NCBI GenBank assembly: GCA_021803425.1
Contig: JAJZLN010000021.1
Span: 1,252 to 65,251, forward strand
Length of the DNA stretch: 64,000 bases
Reading direction: 5' to 3'
DNA from: Candidatus Micrarchaeota archaeon
GTDB taxonomy: Archaea; Micrarchaeota; Micrarchaeia; Micrarchaeales; CABMGC01
Below are positions 46,914 to 55,792 of this stretch, one piece after another. Position 1 is the stretch's first letter. Every line of letters starts with the position of its first letter. The translations under genes and the position numbers were made by a program. The notes under the pieces were generated by a model, which saw nothing but the letters and a program-made list of their open reading frames with translations, was not told the DNA's origin and made no database searches.

Positions 46914-48650
46914 ATGGAACTATTAGATTACGATATAATAGTGCTCGGGAGCGGAATTGCAGGTTTAACATCGGCCATACACGCAAGCAGAGAATCTGGC
47001 GGTAAGAAGAGTATAGCGCTTGTATCAAAACTGCATGTGATGAGAAGCCATTCGGTTGCAGCAGAAGGAGGTATATCAGGCGTTCTGTATCCAGATACAG
47101 ACAACGATAGTGAAAAATTACATGCCTACGATACAATAAAGGGTTCGGATTATCTTGCAGATCAAGACGCAGTGGAGATATTGGTCAAGGGCGCACCAGA
47201 AGAAATAAAATTTTTTGACCATATAGGCGTCCCATGGAACCGACGTGAAGGAGGAAAAATATCGCAACGCGCATTTGGAGGCATGTCAATACCTAGAACA
47301 GCGTTTGCAGCCGATAAGACTGGATTCTTCATGATGCGTGCATTGTATGATGAATTATTGACTTATGACAATGTTGAAGTATTCAATGAACGTTTTGCAA
47401 CTAAACTTGTTGTTGAAAAAAATAGGGCAGACGGCGTCATAGCATTCAACATTGAAAATGGGAATTTCGAAGCTTTTAGGGCAGGAGAGACCATAATAGC
47501 AACTGGTGGAGCATCAAGGATGTATGGATTCACAACTAATTCTTATTCGAATACTGGAGATGGAACAGCAATGGCATATAGGGCAGGGATAGCATTAAAG
47601 GACATGGAATTTGTTCAGTTCCACCCTACAGCGCTAATCCCAAGCGGAATACTCATAACTGAAGCTGCAAGGGGAGAAGGAGGGTACCTGAAGAACTCCA
47701 ATGGTGCCAGATTCATGATTGACTATGCAAAGTCAAAGATGGAACTTGCCCCTAGGGATATAGTTTCCAGGGCAATAATAAGCGAGATAAATGCAGGGAG
47801 GGGATTTACGGATGAAGATAGCGGACTTGAATATGTTCATCTTGACTTGAGGCACCTTGGAAGCAGTAAGATAGACGAAAAGCTGCCTATGATAAAAGAA
47901 ATGACAATAAAGATGTTAAGGCTTGACCCTAGCACGGATGAAATACCTGTAAGGCCGGCTGCACATTTCACTATGGGGGGCATACATACAAACATAGATG
48001 GAGCGGCGCTAAATCAGTCGGAAAAGCCGATAATCGGATTGTGGGCCGTTGGTGAATGCGCCTGCGTGAGCATCCATGGGGCGAACAGATTGGGCAGCAA
48101 CTCGCTCAGCCAGTGTTCAGTGTGGGGTAGGCGTGTAGGAACTATAGCTGGACGCTGGCATAAAGATTCTGCAACCCAAAAAAGCAGTTTCATGGAAATA
48201 GCCGAAAATGAAGAAAAATCGATATTAGAAGTTATAGATAGTGAAGGGGATGTAAATCCTTATGAAATAAGAGACAGCATGCACAGAATTATGGATAAGT
48301 ATATGTATGTGTACAGAAACACGAATGGCATGAATGTTGCAAGAAATGAACTTGCAAAGCTCAAAACGAAGCTTAAGGATATATATGTTCAAGACAGAGG
48401 CAGACTGTATAATACTAACCTTAGAGAGGTATTGGAGATAATGAATCTGCTTGACCTTGCACAGGTCACGGTAGAATGCGCAATACGAAGAAGGGAGAGC
48501 AGAGGAGCTCATGTAGTTTTGGAGTACCCTAAAAGGGACGATAAACATTGGCTTAAGCATACTCTTGCATATATGTCTGGAAACAAAGTAAAGGTAGCGT
48601 ATATTCCAGTAAAGATCAGGGGATGGAAACCTGAAGAGAGGAGGTATTAG
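46914..48650 (+). CDS. sdhA: Succinate dehydrogenase / fumarate reductase flavoprotein subunit
   Basis: FAD-binding DIIVLGSGIAGLTSA, RSHSVAAEGG (covalent-FAD His region), FHPT, HFTMGGI, RRESRGAH; 578 aa. Confidence 0.92.
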   Translation: MELLDYDIIVLGSGIAGLTSAIHASRESGGKKSIALVSKLHVMRSHSVAAEGGISGVLYPDTDNDSEKLHAYDTIKGSDYLADQDAVEILVKGAPEEIKFFDHIGVPWNRREGGKISQRAFGGMSIPRTAFAADKTGFFMMRALYDELLTYDNVEVFNERFATKLVVEKNRADGVIAFNIENGNFEAFRAGETIIATGGASRMYGFTTNSYSNTGDGTAMAYRAGIALKDMEFVQFHPTALIPSGILITEAARGEGGYLKNSNGARFMIDYAKSKMELAPRDIVSRAIISEINAGRGFTDEDSGLEYVHLDLRHLGSSKIDEKLPMIKEMTIKMLRLDPSTDEIPVRPAAHFTMGGIHTNIDGAALNQSEKPIIGLWAVGECACVSIHGANRLGSNSLSQCSVWGRRVGTIAGRWHKDSATQKSSFMEIAENEEKSILEVIDSEGDVNPYEIRDSMHRIMDKYMYVYRNTNGMNVARNELAKLKTKLKDIYVQDRGRLYNTNLREVLEIMNLLDLAQVTVECAIRRRESRGAHVVLEYPKRDDKHWLKHTLAYMSGNKVKVAYIPVKIRGWKPEERRY

Positions 48651-49079
48651 ATGATGCATATGGAAGATGATCTAGGATATGACATACGCGGACGGCAATC
48701 CGCCATATTCAGGCTGTTTTGCTTTGACAAAGAGGGATTAGCACATATGCTGTTCTACAGGATTGCGATATTCGTTTCGATGTTTCTGATAGCATCAATC
48801 ATGATTGGGCTATATTTTTATGGAACGGCATTGATACTGACATCAAAGGCGTTGATCATGTTGATTTGGATATTATTTATGCCCCAATTATTTGAAACAG
48901 GAAAAGCAATGTCAATAATAGCCACCGATGGAGCGGTATTCAACAGATTCAATGCGTCCTTCATACAATTTGGATTGAAAAAGAAAAGAACATATATTGC
49001 ATTCCTGATATTCCCATATTTACTGCTATTGATATGGATTGTCGGCTTGCTTGTGATGTTGGGTTCGTGGTTTGCATGA
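48651..49079 (+). CDS. Small hydrophobic protein inside the sdh operon (candidate non-canonical SDH membrane subunit)
   Basis: 142 aa with 3-4 predicted hydrophobic helices. Its ATG immediately follows the sdhA stop, and its stop overlaps the ATG at 49076 (ATGA). Confidence 0.5.
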   Translation: MMHMEDDLGYDIRGRQSAIFRLFCFDKEGLAHMLFYRIAIFVSMFLIASIMIGLYFYGTALILTSKALIMLIWILFMPQLFETGKAMSIIATDGAVFNRFNASFIQFGLKKKRTYIAFLIFPYLLLLIWIVGLLVMLGSWFA

Positions 49080-50086
49080 GATCATCAAAATATTCCATAT
49101 TCACTTATGCGAGTATGATTGGAGTGCCTGCGCTTCTTATGCTGATTTTGATTGCCATGATATCAGGATACGAGATGTATATCAACTTATTTGCATACGT
49201 TCTTGTTATAGCCCTGCTTGTTTTTAGCACAACAGGTCTGATTGACGTGTTTTTGCATAAAAAATATGATGGAAGCATGAAAAAAGCGCATGTTGAAAGC
49301 GAAATAAAGAGCAATACAGAGCCCATGTTAAAGAAGGGTAGCGAAGTGGATATAATCGTAAAAAGATTCAATGGAAGTTCGCATAATTTTGATAAAGTGA
49401 CATATAAGTTCTTTGCCAATAAATTTACAACGGTTCTTGATGCACTTCTTGGAATAAAATCACACCAAGATAGTACCTTGGCGGTAAGATGCAACTGTAG
49501 AATGGGAATTTGTGGATCGTGCGGCATGGTAATAAATGGAAGGCCGAGGCTTGCATGTGAAACTAATATCATGGAAATCGCCGACTCTGAAGGTGGCAGG
49601 ATAGAGATATCACCCATGATGGGACATCTATTATTAAAGGATACTGTCACTGAATTTACTGATTTTTTTGAGAGGCACAAGTCAGTCAAACCTTCCCTTT
49701 ACAGGAAAAATGCAAAAGAGAAGTATTCGACAACAAAAGAGTATCAGCAAAGCAGCGAAGAACTTGACAAATTCCTTCCGTATTCGTATTGCATAATGTG
49801 CGGACTCTGCCTTGATGCATGTCCAGTAGTTAATTCAAATCCTAATTTCATAGGGCCGCAGGCGCTTTCACAATCATTCAGGTATTACAGAGATTCTAGG
49901 GATCAAAAGGGAAAAAGAAGGTTGTTTGAAGTGGACAGCAACGAGGGGGTGTGGGGTTGCGAATTTTCAGGATCATGCTCAAAAGCATGCCCTAAAGGTG
50001 TGGATCCTGCCACTGCAATACAGCTTATGAAAGGGGAACTGATTAGCAGAATTGCAGAAAAAGACGATTATGCTGAAAAAAAGTGA
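49034..50086 (+). CDS. sdhB: Succinate dehydrogenase iron-sulfur subunit with N-terminal 2-TM extension
   Basis: Cys motifs CNCRMGICGSCGMVINGRPRLAC (2Fe-2S), CIMCGLCLDACP (4Fe-4S) and CEFSGSCSKACPKG (3Fe-4S). The likely start is the ATG at 49076. Residues before the Fe-S domain form two hydrophobic helices. An internal ATG at 49325 could start a soluble form. Confidence 0.9.
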   Translation: MDCRLACDVGFVVCMRSSKYSIFTYASMIGVPALLMLILIAMISGYEMYINLFAYVLVIALLVFSTTGLIDVFLHKKYDGSMKKAHVESEIKSNTEPMLKKGSEVDIIVKRFNGSSHNFDKVTYKFFANKFTTVLDALLGIKSHQDSTLAVRCNCRMGICGSCGMVINGRPRLACETNIMEIADSEGGRIEISPMMGHLLLKDTVTEFTDFFERHKSVKPSLYRKNAKEKYSTTKEYQQSSEELDKFLPYSYCIMCGLCLDACPVVNSNPNFIGPQALSQSFRYYRDSRDQKGKRRLFEVDSNEGVWGCEFSGSCSKACPKGVDPATAIQLMKGELISRIAEKDDYAEKK

Positions 50087-51476
50087 TTTTATGAAATATA
50101 GATTAGATAAGGACGTGTTGGGCGCAGTGAAGGTTCCTGCAGATGCATATTATGGATCTGAAACCCAAAGATCTCTAGATAATTTCAAGGTGTCAGGCAT
50201 AAGAATGCCTATGGAATTTGTATACGCATATGCAATGCTCAAAAAAGCTGCAGCTATAGCGAATATGAGGGATAAAAAACTTGATGCAAAAAGGGCGCAT
50301 GCAATAGTAAAAGCGTGTGATATCATCTTGGAGCACAAACTTGATGATCAGTTCGCTATAGACATATTCCAAGCGGGGGCAGGCACATGCCTTAACATGA
50401 ATGTAAATGAAGTGATAGCAAACAAGGCGATAGAAATATTGGGAGGGAAGAGGGGTGATTACAAAATAATACATCCTAATGACCATGTTAATATGTCCCA
50501 ATCAACAAATGACACAATGCCTTCTGTAGTGCGCATTGCAACTTATATCGGAATAGAGAGAAAGCTTATGTCGGCATTGACTTTACTGGAAAAGAAGCTG
50601 CATAAAAAATCCGTTGAATATAGGGAAGTGGTAAAGATAGGCAGAACCCATCTGCAGGATGCCGTGCCAATGACATTAGGACAGGAATTTTCAGGGTATG
50701 AATATGCACTCAAAAATGCCATATCGATGCTTAATGACGCCAAGAGGAGATTGTTGTATATTCCGCTGGGGGGCACTGCCGTTGGCACTGGAATAAATGC
50801 GGATGAAAACTATGCACGCATTGCAATAAATGAACTTAACAGAATAACCGGGATAAAATTTAGGATATCTGCAAACCGCTTTGCGGTTATGCAGCAGCGG
50901 ATTGAGGAGCTTTCAGTCGCAGATGCACTAAAGGAAGTTTCAACTGCAATAAACAAGATTTCAAATGATATGAGGCTTTTGACATCCGGGCCAAAAGGTG
51001 GAATGGGTGAGATAATCCTTCCGGAAATACTGCCCGGATCCTCGATAATGCCTGGCAAAATCAATCCGAGCATGCCTGAAATGATGGGAATGGTCTGCCT
51101 CAAGATAATTGGTAATTGCACGACAATAACTGATGCTGCCAATAGCGGTCAGCTTGAGATAAATGTATTTACCCCTATTCTAGCCTATGATCTCATGTTC
51201 TCGATAAACATACTCTCTAATGCTTCGGCGCTTTTTGCAGAGAAATGCATTGACGGAATAAGAGTAAATAAGCAGATATCTGCGCACGTTGAAATGGACA
51301 TGTCAATAGCTACTGCATTAAGCCCGTATATAGGATATGCAAAAGCTTCTGAAGTAGCGAGAAAGGCTTACAAGGAAAACAAGAGCGTAAAGGCAGTTTG
51401 TCTGGAACTCGGAATACTTGATAAGAATAAATTAGATGAAATACTTGATCCTAAAAAATTAGTCGGTAGGTATTAG
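50052..51476 (+). CDS. fumC: Class II fumarate hydratase (fumarase/aspartase family)
   Basis: YGSETQRSLDNF, signature GSSIMPGKINP, THLQDAVP. The likely start is the ATG at 50091, 5 nt after the sdhB stop. Context favours fumarase, but aspartase is not excluded. Confidence 0.8.
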   Translation: MQKKTIMLKKSDFMKYRLDKDVLGAVKVPADAYYGSETQRSLDNFKVSGIRMPMEFVYAYAMLKKAAAIANMRDKKLDAKRAHAIVKACDIILEHKLDDQFAIDIFQAGAGTCLNMNVNEVIANKAIEILGGKRGDYKIIHPNDHVNMSQSTNDTMPSVVRIATYIGIERKLMSALTLLEKKLHKKSVEYREVVKIGRTHLQDAVPMTLGQEFSGYEYALKNAISMLNDAKRRLLYIPLGGTAVGTGINADENYARIAINELNRITGIKFRISANRFAVMQQRIEELSVADALKEVSTAINKISNDMRLLTSGPKGGMGEIILPEILPGSSIMPGKINPSMPEMMGMVCLKIIGNCTTITDAANSGQLEINVFTPILAYDLMFSINILSNASALFAEKCIDGIRVNKQISAHVEMDMSIATALSPYIGYAKASEVARKAYKENKSVKAVCLELGILDKNKLDEILDPKKLVGRY

Positions 51477-51490
51477 ATTTGCTGCCGTTT

Positions 51491-52720
51491 TCATGAGCTT
51501 ACCGGGGGGATTATGCTATCTGCTATGAATTGTGCATCATATTTTATTATGTCCTCGTACTTTTCTCCAGTGCAGAAGAATAATATAGGTATGGATGTTT
51601 CACTTAGTATTGATAATGTATTCCCGCCTTTTGCATCACAATCAAGCTTTGTCAGTATTATGCCGTCTATACCTACTGCCTCATTTATTACTTTTACTTG
51701 ATCAAGCAGGGCATTTCCGGATATGCTTTCCCCCACAAATATCTTGATGTCAGGCTTTGCAACCCTAACCATCTTCCTAAGCTCATCTACCAAACTTTTG
51801 TTTGTTTCCTGCCTGCCGGCGCTGTCTATAAGCACCGCGTCTATTCCATGCGCCTTTGCATGGGCTATAGCATCAAATGCAACGCTTGCTGGATCGGCAC
51901 CATACGCACCTTTAATGACATTTATTCCAAGATTTGAGGCGTGGAATGCTGTCTGCTCTATTGCTGCAGCCCTGAACGTGTCGCTTGCTGAAAGAACGCA
52001 GGATATGTTATTTTTGAGTAGGATATTTGCTATCTTTGCCATTGTTGTGGTTTTTCCGGCACCATTGGGCCCAATAAACATTATCTTGAGCGGAATGTCG
52101 CCGTTTGCCTTCTTTGCAACCGCAATATTCAGGACGTCTACACCAGGACTTTTTGAAAGAACATCCATTACGGATCGGTGTATTACTTCGCTGATTTCAA
52201 GATTTATGCCTCTTGAGGATATCGTGGTCCCAACTAAGTTGCGCTTTATGCTCAAGGATAATTTCTCTGCAACATCATAATTGACATCTGACTGTATAAG
52301 CCCCATCCTCAAGTCATCTATAAATGGTTCTGCATCTCTTTCGCTTATTTTTATCCTGCCAAATATTAGCCCTTTTACCTTTGATGCGGCAGTTATTTTT
52401 GGTTCCGACTTTGTGTGTGGAATTTTGAATTGATCTGCATTTTCCCCTGTCATTTTCGATTCTTCAATTTTTTCATTACTGATGGCTACTTTACCTTCAT
52501 TTAAAGGCTCCACTTGGTCTCTTACGGCAATTTCTTCTTTTTTCTGCTCGTTGCGTATTTCTTCAACTTCTTTTTGAGATGTGAAGGCAATTTCTTCTTT
52601 TTTCTGCTCATTGTGTATTTCTTCAACTGCTTTTTGAGATGCAGATTGCTCCTCCTGAAGTTCTTTTTTTGAGAATGAATCTATAAAGCCCGAAAATTTC
52701 TTTTTTAAGGCCTCAAACAT
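51491..52720 (-). CDS. ftsY: Signal recognition particle receptor FtsY
   Basis: NG domain: FIGPNGAGKTTT, DTFRAAAIEQ, DSAGRQ, TKLDCDAKGG. Acidic, repeat-containing N-terminal region. Confidence 0.9.
   Translation of the reverse strand: MFEALKKKFSGFIDSFSKKELQEEQSASQKAVEEIHNEQKKEEIAFTSQKEVEEIRNEQKKEEIAVRDQVEPLNEGKVAISNEKIEESKMTGENADQFKIPHTKSEPKITAASKVKGLIFGRIKISERDAEPFIDDLRMGLIQSDVNYDVAEKLSLSIKRNLVGTTISSRGINLEISEVIHRSVMDVLSKSPGVDVLNIAVAKKANGDIPLKIMFIGPNGAGKTTTMAKIANILLKNNISCVLSASDTFRAAAIEQTAFHASNLGINVIKGAYGADPASVAFDAIAHAKAHGIDAVLIDSAGRQETNKSLVDELRKMVRVAKPDIKIFVGESISGNALLDQVKVINEAVGIDGIILTKLDCDAKGGNTLSILSETSIPILFFCTGEKYEDIIKYDAQFIADSIIPPVSS
52526..52645 (-). repeat. Two copies of a 60-bp tandem repeat inside the ftsY 5' region
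   Basis: 52526..52585 and 52586..52645 are near-identical. They encode the duplicated 20-aa unit SQK.VEEI.NEQKKEEIA. Confidence 0.85.
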
Positions 52721-52732
52721 TGGAATACCTTA

Positions 52733-53242
52733 TTATTGCTGGGCAGACATCTGATACTGCAAAGCGCCCATTTTATATTCCAAATCAAATATTTCCCTTT
52801 CGAGCCTCTGCTTTTCATTGACAAGTCGGTTTAATACTTCTGTGCTGCTCTTTTGATTTTCCCTCAAAAATGCAAGTGCTTGCTCAATGTCCTTTTCAAC
52901 CAGATAGCCAGCGCCTATATAGGTCATGATGGAACTTATCTTATTTATCTTGGCAGTTATATATGCTCCGCCATCGCCACCTATCATGGCTTCGGAATTT
53001 TCAATGCTGTTGGACTTTTCTATCAATTCTATATTCTTGTTTATAGAAGTGCTTGTAAGAGAGTATGTAGCTATGCTATTCTCTATGTTAGCATACTGCT
53101 GTGTATACATGTCATGCAGATACTTAAGCTGCATCAGGACCTCGTCGTTGTCTTGGCCATTTACAGTGTCAGCCATTAATTCACCAATAGAATTAGCATC
53201 ACAAACATTATAACCATTATTATAGATCCAGTCCCTCTGCAA
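52733..53242 (-). CDS. pfdA: Prefoldin alpha subunit
   Basis: Coiled coil, beta-hairpin region and coiled coil (AMIGGDGGAYITAKINKISSIMTYIGAGYLVEKDIEQALAFL). It holds the conserved position between aIF6 and ftsY. The likely start is the ATG at 53176. Confidence 0.7.
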   Translation of the reverse strand: MQRDWIYNNGYNVCDANSIGELMADTVNGQDNDEVLMQLKYLHDMYTQQYANIENSIATYSLTSTSINKNIELIEKSNSIENSEAMIGGDGGAYITAKINKISSIMTYIGAGYLVEKDIEQALAFLRENQKSSTEVLNRLVNEKQRLEREIFDLEYKMGALQYQMSAQQ

Positions 53243-53888
53243 TCCTCGCTAACTCAAATCCTGTTGTTTGGTCTCCTGCAACCATTCCTTGCGAATTTGC
53301 TATTACGCATAATCCTATGCTTGAAGACCCAAGATTTGCTGTGGACTGTGACATGCTATTCACGTATTTCTTTATAATAGATATATCCGAATCGGTGGCG
53401 CTGTTATTTACCACAATGCCTTTATTAGTAATTATGTTGTTTGCACCTACAGTACCATAATTCCCTATGTGTATCTTAACAGCCTTCACATTGAATACTT
53501 CTTCTATTTCCTCAATTTCGCGGTAGGAATATTCCGGATTTACAAATGCTATATGGTCGTTTAATAATATATTGTTCCTCAGAGCATTGAGATTTGTGCC
53601 AAGTAGCCGTATTTCAACCCCATGGAGCTCGCTCTTTAGTTTCTTAACTTCTTCCTTACTTGCAGTTTCAGGCAGCATTATGCCATTTGAATTTGCAATC
53701 GCATATATTCCGATAAGGGAGGAGCCATCTACAGTTGATTCTATAACTTTTGCTTCGGTGCATTCTTCTATTATCGACCTTTCACCCCTTGTGATGCCAG
53801 CTCCTACAAGTACAAATGAATCGGTAGCTATTGAAAAGGCGCCTATATAGCTACTGTTGAATATCCTCATTTTTGATATATCTCCCAT
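53220..53888 (-). CDS. eif6: Translation initiation factor 6 (aIF6)
   Basis: MRIFNSSYIGAFSIATDSFVLVG and a five-fold pseudo-repeat pattern (GSSLIGIYAIANSNGIMLP, GTNLNALRNNILLNDHIAFV, GTVGANNIITNKGIVV, SSSIGLCVIANSQGMVAG); 222 aa. Confidence 0.85.
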   Translation of the reverse strand: MGDISKMRIFNSSYIGAFSIATDSFVLVGAGITRGERSIIEECTEAKVIESTVDGSSLIGIYAIANSNGIMLPETASKEEVKKLKSELHGVEIRLLGTNLNALRNNILLNDHIAFVNPEYSYREIEEIEEVFNVKAVKIHIGNYGTVGANNIITNKGIVVNNSATDSDISIIKKYVNSMSQSTANLGSSSIGLCVIANSQGMVAGDQTTGFELARIAEGLDL

Positions 53889-53956
53889 AAAAACACATTG
53901 AATTATGCTGATTTGGAATTTAGTCCGTCCTCCGCTTGTCTTAAGGATAGGAAAGT

Positions 53957-54385
53957 CTATTTACCTGGCCCTTTGGGCGTATCTTTTTGCTTTTCCTGTT
54001 GATTAAGATGGCCCTTGTCCTGCTTTTCAGATTTGACGGTAAGGTTTTTGGCAACAGACCCATTTTCCTCGACAGGATTTGAATCGGCTTTAACTTCGGC
54101 TTTTGCCCCTTTCTTAGCTTCTTCTGGCTTCTGTTTGACTTCTTCTGCAAGCTTCAACGTGATCTTTTCCCCGGATTTTACAATATCAACTTTAAGTGCA
54201 TCCCCACTCTTAGAATTGTATCGCATCATGTAGCTATTCAATTTCGGATCTATCATTACGAAATCTGGATTGATATTATTAAATTTTGCAACATGACGTC
54301 TTATATGATCTGCAGCACGTTGCTTCTTTTTAGTAGACCTTATCCTTGCAAATACACCCCTTAACCTTATTGTAGATATAGGCAT
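53957..54385 (-). CDS. rpl31e: 50S ribosomal protein L31e with a Lys/Glu-rich C-terminal extension
   Basis: TIRLRGVFARIRSTKKKQRAADHIRRHVAKF......VMIDPKLNSYMM matches the L31e core. The C-terminal ~55 aa are a low-complexity basic tail. Confidence 0.8.
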   Translation of the reverse strand: MPISTIRLRGVFARIRSTKKKQRAADHIRRHVAKFNNINPDFVMIDPKLNSYMMRYNSKSGDALKVDIVKSGEKITLKLAEEVKQKPEEAKKGAKAEVKADSNPVEENGSVAKNLTVKSEKQDKGHLNQQEKQKDTPKGPGK

Positions 54386-54389
54386 CCCA

Positions 54390-54548
54390 TCAATCCTTTA
54401 TCCTAAGCTTTTTTCTTCTCCAGTCCCTTTGGAATTTATTGGACTGTATTCTCCTATGCGTCTTGACAACTGCAAGGACAGGCATCCTTGAATTCTGCTT
54501 GAACTTCTTTCCAAGCCTCATTTTCTTAACCAGCGTTTTTTTGCTCAT
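54390..54548 (-). CDS. rpl39e: 50S ribosomal protein L39e (absent from the ORF track, under 60 aa)
   Basis: Manual translation of the reverse complement gives MSKKTLVKKMRLGKKFKQNSRMPVLAVVKTHRRIQSNKFQRDWRRKKLRIKD (52 aa), which matches the L39e consensus. It holds the conserved position upstream of L31e. Confidence 0.85.
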   Translation of the reverse strand: MSKKTLVKKMRLGKKFKQNSRMPVLAVVKTHRRIQSNKFQRDWRRKKLRIKD

Positions 54549-54557
54549 ATATAAAAC

Positions 54558-54869
54558 CTATTTATGTCTAAATTCCAACGAAGATTCCCTTTTTTGAGTC
54601 ATCTTTGCAAGTATCTGCTTCAGCTGCGCCTCACTTATATGCGAAGTTATTCTATTTGACTGTGCCATTGCAATTATTAAATCAAGCAACTGCGAATATA
54701 CATCATAGTTTGCAACTCTGACATTCATAAGTCTTTCGTATGCCTCAGTTGTCATGTACCTCCTAATTAAACTTTTTTTTTGCATTTCTATCTGTATCGC
54801 ACGCATTCTCTTCTCCATGAGCTTAGAATGTTCATCTTCAGAACTCTCCTGATGTGCCAATTCAAGCAC
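54558..54869 (-). CDS. PDCD5/TFAR19-like dsDNA-binding protein (COG2118)
   Basis: LIRRYMTTEAYERLMNVRVANYDVYSQLLDLIIAMAQSNRI...ISEAQLKQILAKM. Conserved neighbour of S19e and L39e. Confidence 0.7.
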   Translation of the reverse strand: MLELAHQESSEDEHSKLMEKRMRAIQIEMQKKSLIRRYMTTEAYERLMNVRVANYDVYSQLLDLIIAMAQSNRITSHISEAQLKQILAKMTQKRESSLEFRHK

Positions 54870-55278
54870 CTTTTAATGCGTCATTAGATAGCTTATCAAG
54901 GAATGACTTCCCGCTAGAAGTTATCTCTCTGCCCTGTTTTGTAGATTTAAGATACCCTTTCTTTTCAAGTGCATCAAATGCGTCTTTTATTATGCTTCCT
55001 CCGGCCTTTACATGATGGTGCCTATGAACAACATGGCCTTTCTTGTTTCCATATTTTGTCCTGAGTTTCGATATGCCTATAGGGCCTTTTAGATATACCT
55101 GACGCAGTATGGATGCGCAGCGTATGTACCAGAAATCATCACTTTGTGGAACTCTCTCCTTTCCTGCTCCGCTCTTGCTAAAAATAATGTAAGAAGGCTT
55201 AGGAATGCCTGCCTCTTTTAACTTTGAAGCTGCAAGATCTATAAGTTTTTGGGCATCTACTTGATATACATTAGACAT
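54862..55278 (-). CDS. rps19e: 30S ribosomal protein S19e
   Basis: VYQVDAQKLIDLAASKLKE...PSYIIFSKSGAGKERVPQSDDFWYIRCASILRQVYLKGPIGISKLRTKYG; 138 aa. Confidence 0.9.
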   Translation of the reverse strand: MSNVYQVDAQKLIDLAASKLKEAGIPKPSYIIFSKSGAGKERVPQSDDFWYIRCASILRQVYLKGPIGISKLRTKYGNKKGHVVHRHHHVKAGGSIIKDAFDALEKKGYLKSTKQGREITSSGKSFLDKLSNDALKGA

Positions 55279-55486
55279 ATAAAATTACCTCTGGAACGTG
55301 TAATTCGTACTCTTTATAGGCATGCATTAAGTATATATTTATTTCTGTACGTGCAGGATCATGCAGATTTGGCTGAAAACCGGGGAATACGCAAATGTCT
55401 CATAAACCGGCAATTTGCTGGTGTATACGGAACCGCAATAATATTATATTTATTTGTATCAATGAATAAGTACGTTTATCTTTGTT

Positions 55487-55792
55487 TTGGCAAAGCAACG
55501 CAGGATTTATACTATAGTTGATAATATGAAGCTGAATTTTGTGGAAGATAGTGGCAAAAGCCTTATTGTAGAGTTTATAGATGTTGACAGAAGCGTGGCA
55601 GAATTGATAAAATCTAAACTTATTGACAACAAGGATGTTGAATTTGTGGGAGTGGTAAGGGAGCATCCAGACATAGATATTTCAAAGCTTATTGTAAAAT
55701 CAAACAAGAATGCCAAAACACTTGTAGAGAAGGCACTCGGCGACATACAAGACGACATGAAAGAGTTAGCTGCAAACTTGCCGAAGAAATGA
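55487..55792 (+). CDS. rpoL: DNA-directed RNA polymerase subunit L (Rpo11)
   Basis: MKLNFVEDSGKSLIVEFIDVDRSVAELIKSKLIDNKDVEFVGVVREHPDIDISKLIVKS fits the RpoL pattern (block...E..gEdHT..N.L...L.....V.fa.Y...HP), with the EDHT motif replaced by VDRS. The likely start is the ATG at 55526. Confidence 0.65.
   Translation: MAKQRRIYTIVDNMKLNFVEDSGKSLIVEFIDVDRSVAELIKSKLIDNKDVEFVGVVREHPDIDISKLIVKSNKNAKTLVEKALGDIQDDMKELAANLPKK

Noticed and set aside
50052-51476. Calling this gene aspartate ammonia-lyase instead of fumarase
   Set aside because: The segment after the GSSxMPxKxN signature (NPSMPEMM) is somewhat aspartase-like. However, the N-terminal TQRS..NF...MP pattern and the position directly after sdhAB favour fumarase. 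It is retained as fumC with the caveat stated.
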